From Candidatus Latescibacterota bacterium (GTDB lineage: Bacteria > Latescibacterota > UBA2968 > UBA8231), in assembly GCA_965215195.1 (NCBI GenBank), contig CBDCDC010000002.1:4320001-4384000 (forward strand): DNA of 64,000 bases, given 5' to 3'. Below are positions 41,105 to 49,711 of this stretch, piece by piece; within the stretch, counting starts at the first letter, position 1, and the number at the start of each line of letters is the position of its first letter. Under the pieces are notes generated by a model. The model was not told the origin of the DNA. It worked only from the letters and a program-made list of their open reading frames with translations, and made no database searches. Made by a program: the position numbers and the translations under genes.

Positions 41105-41671
41105 TGTTTCTAATAATATAGTAGAATGAGCCGCGCCTCAGTGGGGGAGGGACGCGACTGGCGGACAATGGGAGCGATTAAAATGAAGGAGAAAACAGAA
41201 GCATAGGAGGAGAGCAGAAGGGGTAGCCACTCTCCTTGGTGCAACTGCTAGTTCAAGAAATTCTCCGTTTGCTTAATATAGTGAACATAAATGCAGTTGT
41301 CAATCAAATGCAGGTGTGGGCAGAAGCGGTGATTTAGCGACTTTGCTGTATCTTTTGGGAACGGTAGTGTTACAGAGGTGATACACTTTGGCGTATCGAC
41401 TGGTTGGAGCGGAAGCTGTGGCGACAAAAAATCTGGATTGGCTAACCTACCTAATTTCAAGGAGTTAGCGAATACCAACGACGGCTCAGTCTATCTGGTG
41501 TGCTTCTTGGCACGTTTTTCGCTTTTGTTCCCGCTGAGGCCGAGACCTCAGTCGTGCTTCAAACCATCTTCAACTAGAGGTATATTTCAATTGCTCGCAT
41601 CTATAAGAGAAAGATTGGCATCAAGGTTATTGTGGTGGAGCAGTGGCCTCAGAAGATCCTCGGAAACCAAT

Positions 41672-44059
41672 ATGTTGGACCGTAGCACATTATCTATTCT
41701 AGTCCTATTCCATGGATGTAGCTCCGTTCATACTAGACGAGCTTGTGAGATCGCCCGACAATTACGACACCGAGGCTACGAGGTTCGGCTAGCAGGAGAT
41801 GGGCCTTATGCGGAGCAATTTTCCCAAAAGGGAGAAGAAATATGCAGTGTTGAAACATTGCCTCTAGATATTCACCGAGACCAGACTGAGCTATTGGACT
41901 ATAGGTCGTGCGATACTGAATGGATCGATTCTTGCGTAAAATCCGAACGGTCTTTGATTGAGGAGTACAAGCCCGATCTAATTATACACTCCTTGAAACC
42001 AACGGCTTCAGTTGCAGCATATTTGGAAGGTGTTGACGAAGTTGAAATAATCCAAGGATACGATCAACCAGGCGGTCATCTTCCTCTTCAGACCCTATCT
42101 GTACTACCATCGCGAGATACGTTTGCAGAATACTTAAAAAGCAAAGTCTGCGAAATCAAAAAAAGAAATAAGTACTTCCTAATCGCCGATATACCCGATC
42201 TATATCCTACACTAGAGTTTAGTGCTAGTGGATTCCATTATATAGGACCTCTTTTGCCAGCCATGAGAAAAAAAAGAGACGGACGGAAGGTGATTCGCAA
42301 ACGGGGTACACCATTTCCTACCGTCTATATAAAGGATCCCAAAAATCTCCTAAGAGAAGATATACTTAGACAAGTTGAGTCCGGGACAAAGATGCCTTAT
42401 CGCTTACTAGTAGAATCTACCAGAGGAGTAAAATGGTCTAAAAGCCGTGTAGAGTTTGTCGACGAAAGATATAGAGAGCCACCATGGGAAAGAATACGTA
42501 TAATAGTTGGAGATTTAGATATAGAGACTCTATACAGTGCTTTATCTCATGGAGTTTTGCCTGTCGGTATAGCTACTACTTTAGACCAAGAGCTCCATCT
42601 CGATAGACTCGAAGCAGTTAATCTGGGTTTCAAGATAGATCCAGATATGTTTAGCTATCATATTGTTACACAAGCAGTAGGAAAAATACTAGATACTTGG
42701 GATAAAATGGAGGTTCGATTAGAACACGTTGTTAAGATCTTGGAAAGATGGTATACAAAAGATGTCGTCGCTGACTGGGTAGATAATTATTTTGTGAACC
42801 GGCATACGGTACTCCGTTACGATCCCAGATTTCTAGTAAGCGAAAACGAATTCTTACAGCAACTCGACGGCACTACTCCCTCCACGCTATCAATTGAGTC
42901 ACTACGTAAAATGCTACAGCAAGGTATTCAAAGAGGAATACCTCACTGGCGACAGGGCAATCAGTACTTCTTCGACATAATAGATTCTTGGAACTGGCTT
43001 TACGAAAAGGAAGATCGATTTTTCGAGGCTGAATACAGAGCCTGTGATCAAAGGCGGAGTACCTTCTTCGATATAGATGAAATGGGCAACATACGTTCAA
43101 AATCTCATATTCAACGCTATAAAGTAACCTACTCTTACGACATACACCTCACTGAAAAATCGGATCAACAGTTAAGAGCTTTTATACCATATCCTTTAGA
43201 GACAGAAGAACAAAAGGCAGTTAATCTAATTAGCTGTTTCCCAGAGGATATGAGAGACTATTTACGCGGCAAGTTTGGATTCTTCTACGCGTACCCTTTC
43301 ACTGCAAATTCGGCAAATTTTTCATATACTTGCGAACTTGAAGTCAGTAAGTACAATGCTAAAGGTAGGGGTGAGTACATCCTCCCAGAGTGGGAGAGAT
43401 CGAGATATTTGTACACCGGCGAAGGCTTGGCAAAACTTCCAGAGTTAGATCAAATGCTCTCTGAGATACTCGAAGCATCTGCGTCCTGTGATAAAAAAGA
43501 ACTAGCTTGGGCCTTCTACAGCAAACTAGTCAGAACCAAAAAATTCAGAAAGACTAAACCACCTGCGATGGGTCTAGTTGATAGTTCAGCTACCTTACTA
43601 AATAGTAGCGGTGGTAATTGTATTCACTTTGCCAGAACCTTTATATCTCTGTGTCGAATGGTAGGTATTCCTGCTCGGGAGAGATGTGGAACCTTGTTAG
43701 GATACCCAATTTCTGAAAAGGTGTACGAATACAGCAGTATAAACGAGCCTATAATAGGCCACACATGGGCCGAAATCTACCTAGAAGAAGCAGGCTGGAT
43801 ACCCGTCGAATTCCTCAGTGTGGCTATCGGCGAAGTTTCTATAAACGAATACAATATCAAGGATCCTAAATTAAAAAAATATATAAAGCAAAATAATCGC
43901 TCTTTTGAATCTTATTATTTTGGCCATTTAGATAACCAACGACTCATGTTTTCCAATTCTGTGAAGACACTACCTCTATGCTTAACAAAAGGTGTGGATG
44001 AATGGGAACCTCTTCCAAACATACAATGCCAATATCGTATGAGAGTGGAGTGCATATAA
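41672..44059 (+). CDS. Fusion of GT-B (GT1-like) glycosyltransferase and transglutaminase-like domain
   Basis: N-terminal H..R...IARQLRHRGYEV, KPDLII, YIGP and LDQ; C-terminal GGNCIHFA..F..LCR..GIPAR, GHTWAEIY and GWIPVE. Start moved to ATG 41672. Confidence 0.8.
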   Translation: MLDRSTLSILVLFHGCSSVHTRRACEIARQLRHRGYEVRLAGDGPYAEQFSQKGEEICSVETLPLDIHRDQTELLDYRSCDTEWIDSCVKSERSLIEEYKPDLIIHSLKPTASVAAYLEGVDEVEIIQGYDQPGGHLPLQTLSVLPSRDTFAEYLKSKVCEIKKRNKYFLIADIPDLYPTLEFSASGFHYIGPLLPAMRKKRDGRKVIRKRGTPFPTVYIKDPKNLLREDILRQVESGTKMPYRLLVESTRGVKWSKSRVEFVDERYREPPWERIRIIVGDLDIETLYSALSHGVLPVGIATTLDQELHLDRLEAVNLGFKIDPDMFSYHIVTQAVGKILDTWDKMEVRLEHVVKILERWYTKDVVADWVDNYFVNRHTVLRYDPRFLVSENEFLQQLDGTTPSTLSIESLRKMLQQGIQRGIPHWRQGNQYFFDIIDSWNWLYEKEDRFFEAEYRACDQRRSTFFDIDEMGNIRSKSHIQRYKVTYSYDIHLTEKSDQQLRAFIPYPLETEEQKAVNLISCFPEDMRDYLRGKFGFFYAYPFTANSANFSYTCELEVSKYNAKGRGEYILPEWERSRYLYTGEGLAKLPELDQMLSEILEASASCDKKELAWAFYSKLVRTKKFRKTKPPAMGLVDSSATLLNSSGGNCIHFARTFISLCRMVGIPARERCGTLLGYPISEKVYEYSSINEPIIGHTWAEIYLEEAGWIPVEFLSVAIGEVSINEYNIKDPKLKKYIKQNNRSFESYYFGHLDNQRLMFSNSVKTLPLCLTKGVDEWEPLPNIQCQYRMRVECI

Positions 44060-46572
44060 TGGACATAAGTGTAATTGTAGCCACATATAATCAGAAAGAA
44101 CGTCTCCGTCTCGTGTTGAGAGGTTTAGAAAGTCAGAGTATTCCAAACGATCACTTTGAAATACTAGTGGTTGACGACGGTTCAACAGACGGTACTGGAG
44201 CAATGCTGAAATCACTGAAGATGCAGAATCTCGAAGTTGAATCTTTTGAAACGAACCAAGGCCGCTGCCGAGCACGGAACAAAGGAATTGAACGGGCACA
44301 TGGTTCGTTAGTCGTTTTTTTAGATGGAGATGCATTACCGGCTCCGAATCTACTCCAGTGCTACTTAGAAGCCTATAAAGAGAATGGTCAGAAATCAGTA
44401 TTTTGTGGGTACCAGTATGTCCTTCCCAATCTAGAGTATTTCCAAGATCCTCAGACAGGTTCTCTCTTGGATATCTCGCTGCCTTATTCACTGCGTCGGC
44501 ACTTGGCTCTACATCGAGATAAGATGATTGTCACAGAGGATATGGTATGCAATGAGTTCGATAGTATTATTGAAAAAGCAGTAGAAGGAGGCTATCCGTT
44601 TGAAGCAGTTCGTACTATGCAGCGAGAATCTCTCGATCTTTACGAAACTGTCGCAGAACCGGCACTAGGCTGGATTGGATTATACCCTCACAATGTGGCC
44701 ATACCGTTAAAGCTACTAGAAAAAGTAGGGAAATTCGATGATACCATACCTTTTTGTGAAGGATGGGAACTTGGCTATCGCCTAAAGGCGGCAGGTGGAC
44801 AATTTATCAGTGTCCAAGCCTCTTCTTACCACCTATACCATCATCATAATTTCTCCGATCCTGAGAAAGCAAAAGCCGAAAGAGTGAAGCGATATGCTGC
44901 GGTTGAGTACATAGCCTGCAAACATAGCGACCCCTTGGTGCGTCTGATCCACTTCTGGTGGGCACATCTGTGGCCTAATCCTTTTCTTCCAGAGGAGTCA
45001 GTTATAGACAGTCTGATTGAATTTGACCATATCTACCGAACTATTTCTGAAACAGATAGAAAAGAATACCAAGAGATCCTAGATGCACTTCCACAGCTTG
45101 ACCTAGATACCGAGCTTCCTGCTCATTGCAAATTTAGCTCTGCTGAAAGTAATGTATCCGAACTAGTTGACCAGCAAGATGGTCCTGAAGAATGGGAAAT
45201 CATTTTAGCCTCTGCTGACGAGCACTGGCAAAACGGTCGTCTAGAATCCGCCTTATCCCAAATCGAACTAGCAAAAGAAGTTAACCGTCTTCGGGGTGGT
45301 ACAACTATAGGATTAGCTAACATACTGATCTCCCAAGGCAAAGTTTACGAGCTGAAAGGCGAATTAGACAAGGCAAATCAATGTTATGATGAGGCCATAT
45401 CAATTTTTTCACAAACTGAGGATGATGAGAGTACAAGGAAGCTAGCTGTAGGATATACCTGCAAAGGGTTTATCACACAGCTACAAGGAAATCTCACTGA
45501 GGCTGCTGATTTTTATATAAAAGCACAGAGCCTTAACAAAAAAATAAATTGTCGAGAAGATTATGCCTTAGTTACTAGCAACTTGGGTACTGTGCATTTA
45601 CTAAAAGGCGACTTGAATTCAGCAGAGAAACTTTACGAGGAATCTATAGCTATTTACAAAGAAATTGGAGACTCCGAAGGAATTGCTAGCCAGTACAATT
45701 CACTTGCAAATTTAAGAAAAATTCAAGGCCGTATTTACGAAGCACGTACTCTACTGGAACAGGCTATTGGTATAGATAAAAAGATGGATAGAAAAGAGGG
45801 ATTGGCATTGCATTATGGATTATTTTCCTCGATACACCTTCTAATGGGAAATATGGAAGAAGCACTAGAGTGCGGCAAAGCTGCTTTAGAAGCTAATCAA
45901 AGCTTGGCGGATGAAAAGGGAAAAGCGTACTCATATAGAATACTAGCGAATGTGCATTTCTATCGTGGGGATTTTCCTCTGGCAGAATCTTATCTGCATC
46001 ATTCTATAAGCCTATTTGAACGTATAGGTATGTCATCCGATGTGATTGAGTGTTATTTATCTCTTGGAAAATTGTACGCTCATAGTAAAAAATTTGATAA
46101 AGCCAAGGAATTCCTATGCAATTACCTACGCCTTGCTCCAGACTCGCCTAACCAGCAAACTATTGCTGCAGCCCGAGCTACTTTAAGTCTCGTATATATC
46201 CAATGCGGACAATATGAAGACGCGTACCAAGAGCAGAAGACTGCACTGGGGATATACGAAGCCGAGGACGATGAAAAGGGCACCGCCTACGGATTTGCTA
46301 GTCTAGGCGAGATACATCAGCTTAGAGGACAATGGATTGAAGCAGAATCTTGTTATAGTAGAGCTCTGTCTATATGCAAGAAGATAGGTGACGAACTCGG
46401 ACAAGGGCTTGCCTATATGGGGATGGGAGATGTGGCTGCCCAAAAAGAGTCAAAAGCAAGAGCTGTCGCTTTGTGGACGATGGCATCAAAAATTTTCGCC
46501 GGAATGAATATGTATAACTACGCTGACCGAGTCGAAGAAAAGATAAAGACTGTTCAAGGATCAGAACTATAG
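44059..46572 (+). CDS. GT2 glycosyltransferase with long C-terminal TPR array
   Basis: SVIVATYN, VVDDGSTD, ARNKG and FLDGD motifs; repeated NLG/A...Y..A TPRs; TAATG coupling to the upstream gene. Confidence 0.88.
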   Translation: MDISVIVATYNQKERLRLVLRGLESQSIPNDHFEILVVDDGSTDGTGAMLKSLKMQNLEVESFETNQGRCRARNKGIERAHGSLVVFLDGDALPAPNLLQCYLEAYKENGQKSVFCGYQYVLPNLEYFQDPQTGSLLDISLPYSLRRHLALHRDKMIVTEDMVCNEFDSIIEKAVEGGYPFEAVRTMQRESLDLYETVAEPALGWIGLYPHNVAIPLKLLEKVGKFDDTIPFCEGWELGYRLKAAGGQFISVQASSYHLYHHHNFSDPEKAKAERVKRYAAVEYIACKHSDPLVRLIHFWWAHLWPNPFLPEESVIDSLIEFDHIYRTISETDRKEYQEILDALPQLDLDTELPAHCKFSSAESNVSELVDQQDGPEEWEIILASADEHWQNGRLESALSQIELAKEVNRLRGGTTIGLANILISQGKVYELKGELDKANQCYDEAISIFSQTEDDESTRKLAVGYTCKGFITQLQGNLTEAADFYIKAQSLNKKINCREDYALVTSNLGTVHLLKGDLNSAEKLYEESIAIYKEIGDSEGIASQYNSLANLRKIQGRIYEARTLLEQAIGIDKKMDRKEGLALHYGLFSSIHLLMGNMEEALECGKAALEANQSLADEKGKAYSYRILANVHFYRGDFPLAESYLHHSISLFERIGMSSDVIECYLSLGKLYAHSKKFDKAKEFLCNYLRLAPDSPNQQTIAAARATLSLVYIQCGQYEDAYQEQKTALGIYEAEDDEKGTAYGFASLGEIHQLRGQWIEAESCYSRALSICKKIGDELGQGLAYMGMGDVAAQKESKARAVALWTMASKIFAGMNMYNYADRVEEKIKTVQGSEL

Positions 46573-46627
46573 TGTAATATCATAAGGCGATACCTTCGCA
46601 AAAGGCGAGTAATAATTCCTATCAAGT

Positions 46628-47173
46628 ATGACACTTTGTAAAAGTAAATTAACAATTGGAGCGGCTATAATATTAGTCATTTTTTTTGCTGCTACCTTGC
46701 AATTAATCGCCGTGTTCGTTACGAATGAAAGCATATACCGTAACGCGATGGCGTGGTTGAAAGGTGCGGAATACGAAGGAACGGAAGGAGTCGTTCTACA
46801 GACACGTAAGATGAATTGTGGTCCTGCATCTCTTAAAATGGTCTTGGATAGCCTAGGTATAGACCAAGAACTTACAGATATTGAAGACATGATTAGATTG
46901 GACGAGACAGGTTCTTCTTTATTCGACTTGATGAAATACGCCGAAAGTCAAGGAGTACATGCTGAAGCTTGGAGGCTAAATATAGATGACCTAGAGAGCA
47001 AACCACTTCCTGTGGTAGTCTTTATTGAGGATGATCACTTTGCTGTGCTGGACCAGATCAACGAACACGGTGAGGTCATCTTGCGAGATCCAGCCATCGG
47101 CAGGCTCAGAATTAGGAAATGGGCATTCAACCGTATATGGAAAGGAGAGACTTTGATATTGACAAAAAAATAA
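46628..47173 (+). CDS. Stand-alone C39 cysteine peptidase with N-terminal TM anchor
   Basis: LQ....NCGPASL, HFAVL, DPA.G and F...WKG motifs; no ABC domains. Confidence 0.88.
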   Translation: MTLCKSKLTIGAAIILVIFFAATLQLIAVFVTNESIYRNAMAWLKGAEYEGTEGVVLQTRKMNCGPASLKMVLDSLGIDQELTDIEDMIRLDETGSSLFDLMKYAESQGVHAEAWRLNIDDLESKPLPVVVFIEDDHFAVLDQINEHGEVILRDPAIGRLRIRKWAFNRIWKGETLILTKK

Positions 47174-47175
47174 AA

Positions 47176-47579
47176 CATTCACCATGTGGAGGTAGGGGTT
47201 GTCATCTTCTCTTTTAAGAAAGGAGAACATCATGACCAAACTTATCAACACGAAAGGTGTAACAGCTCTGGCGACAGCCTTGGGCTTATGCGCCTACAGT
47301 ATCGCACCTAGCAACAGTGCCATCATCTCCAAGCCTATTACGCCTTCTGAGGCTCGGGACATCAAGGGTGGCATTCTCCCTTGGGCACTGGTAGGTTGGG
47401 CCATAGCAGCTGACGTCGCACTCACAGTTGGTGCGATGTCCCTTTACGGGAATCTAGAGACTTCAAGGCAACAACGAGAAGGATCTTACGCCCGCAACCC
47501 GTAAGAAGACTGAAAAACAACAAACAAAACCTGTAAGAAGCTAACCTAGGTGAAACCCGCAACCTCTACATGGTGAATG
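47176..47579. repeat. About 29-nt imperfect inverted repeats (47176-47204 and 47551-47579) flanking the precursor gene
   Basis: CATTCACCATGTGGAGGT versus reverse complement CATTCACCATGTAGAGGT (17/18 match), extending imperfectly. Confidence 0.85.
47232..47504 (+). CDS. Double-glycine RiPP/bacteriocin-like precursor with an additional signal-like N-terminus (90 aa)
   Basis: AGGAG SD; ITPSEARDIKGG leader motif; hydrophobic core; lies next to the C39 peptidase. Confidence 0.8.
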   Translation: MTKLINTKGVTALATALGLCAYSIAPSNSAIISKPITPSEARDIKGGILPWALVGWAIAADVALTVGAMSLYGNLETSRQQREGSYARNP

Positions 47580-47582
47580 GAC

Positions 47583-47620
47583 GAGCTACCAGTCTTTTCA
47601 TCGAGACTGGTAGCTCAAAA
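47583..47620. terminator. Perfect 13-bp hairpin (terminator or mRNA stabiliser)
   Basis: GAGCTACCAGTCT...AGACTGGTAGCTC followed by AAAA. Confidence 0.65.
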
Positions 47621-47821
47621 TCTTCGCTAACTAAGAGAAGGACTCTACGACTTTGAATGCCTTAGTGTTTCTTTTAGGGATGATTCAGCCTATCGCCTAT
47701 AAGGCGAGGGTCGCTTTAGTTGGGCTGAATGGTCTTTTGCATGTTGAGCAATTTTCGGTGTCATGCTATGGACTATGAGGTTTTACCACACTATCTTAAG
47801 GTATTGGTTCGGACTTGAGGG

Positions 47822-48661
47822 GTGTACTTCAAGCATTTAGAAGAGGCAGGTGTACTCATGAAAAAAATCCGTACAATGGACCAACACATTTATCCCTTAT
47901 TTACCAGAAAGTTTGAAAATATACGATGTAGGACATTTTCTACCTTTCTACTAGCTATTTTTATGTTCTTCTTTTTTCGCTATACTGTCGATACTATACT
48001 TAATCTATTCGCTTTGAGCGACTACCTTCTCATATTATTATGTACTATTCCTTATGTTTTACTTATTTTAATTGTCGTGGCATTCTCTAAGATAGAGAAA
48101 CAGGATCTGACCATCCAAACCTTGGGATTATCCCCTCAAATTCCCAGAAGATCAAAAAGATTCGTTTTGACGTTTATTTTTTTATCGTTAGTATCCGGAG
48201 TAGGTATATTGGTCTTTTTCCTTTACATGAAGCTCCAAGGGATTGATATCCACTTAATACACCCCAACCCTACTCTAATACCTTGGACTGAGGAAGCCGA
48301 CTGGGATGAAAAATTTCGTACTATATTTCTCCTTATTATTCCATATTCAGTTCGTGCTTTATTGATTGCCCCTGTTATAGAGGAGGCATATTTTACAGGC
48401 CTGATTTTCCCTGCTCTAAGGAATCGATTGGGGTTCGTTCTCGGCTTCACTATTACCGCTTTTCTCTTCAGCTATCACCATTACTCTCCGTTTTTAGAAG
48501 GACATCTAAGGGAATTTATCATTATGTTTATGTCACAAAGTCTTTCATTTTTTTTCTATCAGGGTACGCGCTCTCTTTATCCTTCTATAATATACCATTC
48601 TTTACGCAATATGTCAGTTTTGGCTATTGAACTCTCAGCCTTTATCCCAACTCAGTCCTAA
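47822..48661 (+). CDS. CPBP/Abi (CAAX-like) intramembrane protease, possible immunity factor
   Basis: APVIEE..F.G, F...HH and SIIYHSLRN motifs; start uncertain. Confidence 0.85.
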   Translation: MYFKHLEEAGVLMKKIRTMDQHIYPLFTRKFENIRCRTFSTFLLAIFMFFFFRYTVDTILNLFALSDYLLILLCTIPYVLLILIVVAFSKIEKQDLTIQTLGLSPQIPRRSKRFVLTFIFLSLVSGVGILVFFLYMKLQGIDIHLIHPNPTLIPWTEEADWDEKFRTIFLLIIPYSVRALLIAPVIEEAYFTGLIFPALRNRLGFVLGFTITAFLFSYHHYSPFLEGHLREFIIMFMSQSLSFFFYQGTRSLYPSIIYHSLRNMSVLAIELSAFIPTQS

Positions 48662-48786
48662 TTAGCACAGGAAAAACCTTCGGTGCCGTTTTAAGCTTAT
48701 GGTTAGTCTAGTATATATCAAATACGTTCTTAGTGAATACGATGTTATGAAAATAAATCCATCTCTTTTAATAAGGAGGATAACTC

Positions 48787-49488
48787 GTGGAAGCCGCACT
48801 CCAGACTGAAATCGGCCTCGTCGGCCGCATGATCCGGATCTTCTACGCACCCAGCAAGACCTTTGAATCCTTCGCTCATAAGCACAGCACTGCCGACTGG
48901 CTTATGCCCGCCATTCTGAGCACCGTAGTTGCCACAATTGCTGCCGTGCTCGTCATGCCCGTCACGACTGAGTTCAATCAGGAGGCCATACAACAGCGTA
49001 TTCAGGGTATGTCTGCTCAACAGCGAGAGGCAGTAGAGCAATCCCAAATCGAGGGTATGATACAGGCCATTACGCTGATCTCCACACCTATTGTGCTTTT
49101 CATTTTTCTTTTTCTTTTTGCCGCGTCTTGCCTACTGATGGGCAAATTACTCGGCGGCCTACTCTCCTACGGCCAAGTCCTAACCATCGTAGCCTATGCG
49201 GGGTTGATCGCTATTCCCCAACATATTGTCAAGACATTGCTAATATTGGCCAAAAAGACACCGATGGTGCAAATGGGCTTGGGGGTGTTCCTCTCCGAAG
49301 AGGCCCTACAAAGCTTCAGTGGTCGCTTATTGTCTCTCATTGATCCCTTTGTCGTTTGGAGCGTTGTGATTACTGGTCTCGGTCTGTCCATTGTCGGACA
49401 GTTCGATCGCAGCAAAGCCTACACTGGGATTGGTGTCATAATGATTGTTTGGTTTTCCTTCGCTGCTGCCCTAGGTAGTATCGGCTAG
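48787..49488 (+). CDS. YIP1-family membrane protein
   Basis: IFYAPSKTF and IDPFVVW motifs; about five TM segments; AGGAGG SD. Confidence 0.8.
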   Translation: MEAALQTEIGLVGRMIRIFYAPSKTFESFAHKHSTADWLMPAILSTVVATIAAVLVMPVTTEFNQEAIQQRIQGMSAQQREAVEQSQIEGMIQAITLISTPIVLFIFLFLFAASCLLMGKLLGGLLSYGQVLTIVAYAGLIAIPQHIVKTLLILAKKTPMVQMGLGVFLSEEALQSFSGRLLSLIDPFVVWSVVITGLGLSIVGQFDRSKAYTGIGVIMIVWFSFAAALGSIG

Positions 49489-49492
49489 TCTT

Positions 49493-49705
49493 TCGGAGCA
49501 TGCCCTTGAACTGTTCGCCAAAGAGGAAATCCGCGATCCCTTCCAACCCTCTTGGGGCTACGACGAAGCCTGCGCTCGATTGGGTCTCATGCGTCAGGAG
49601 GCCGGCGACATCGAGGGAGCGCGGGAAGCCTTTGTCAAAGCCCTCGAAGTGAATCCCAACAACGGCTGGGTAAAAAACCACTTATTACCGGAATTGGAGC
49701 GCTAG
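49493..49705 (+). pseudogene. Start-less C-terminal fragment of a TPR protein paralogous to 51968-52753
   Basis: Translates ELFAKEEIRDPFQPSWGYDEACARLG...AREAFVKALEVNPNNGWVKNHLLPELER*. Confidence 0.75.
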
Positions 49706-49711
49706 TACGCA

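Noticed and set aside
39578-41113. 511-aa plus-strand ORF
   Set aside because: Antisense shadow of parE in GC-rich DNA; no motifs.
41378-41671. Upstream extension of the GT-transglutaminase ORF
   Set aside because: No domain-like sequence; the GT-B pattern starts right after ATG 41672. Not fully excluded.
44059-47504. Classical glycocin (sublancin-type) assignment
   Set aside because: The core has no Cys, and there is no PCAT transporter or thiol-disulfide oxidoreductase.
47176-47579. Retron msr-msd (a1/a2 repeats)
   Set aside because: No reverse transcriptase in the window, and the enclosed region is a well-formed ORF with an SD.
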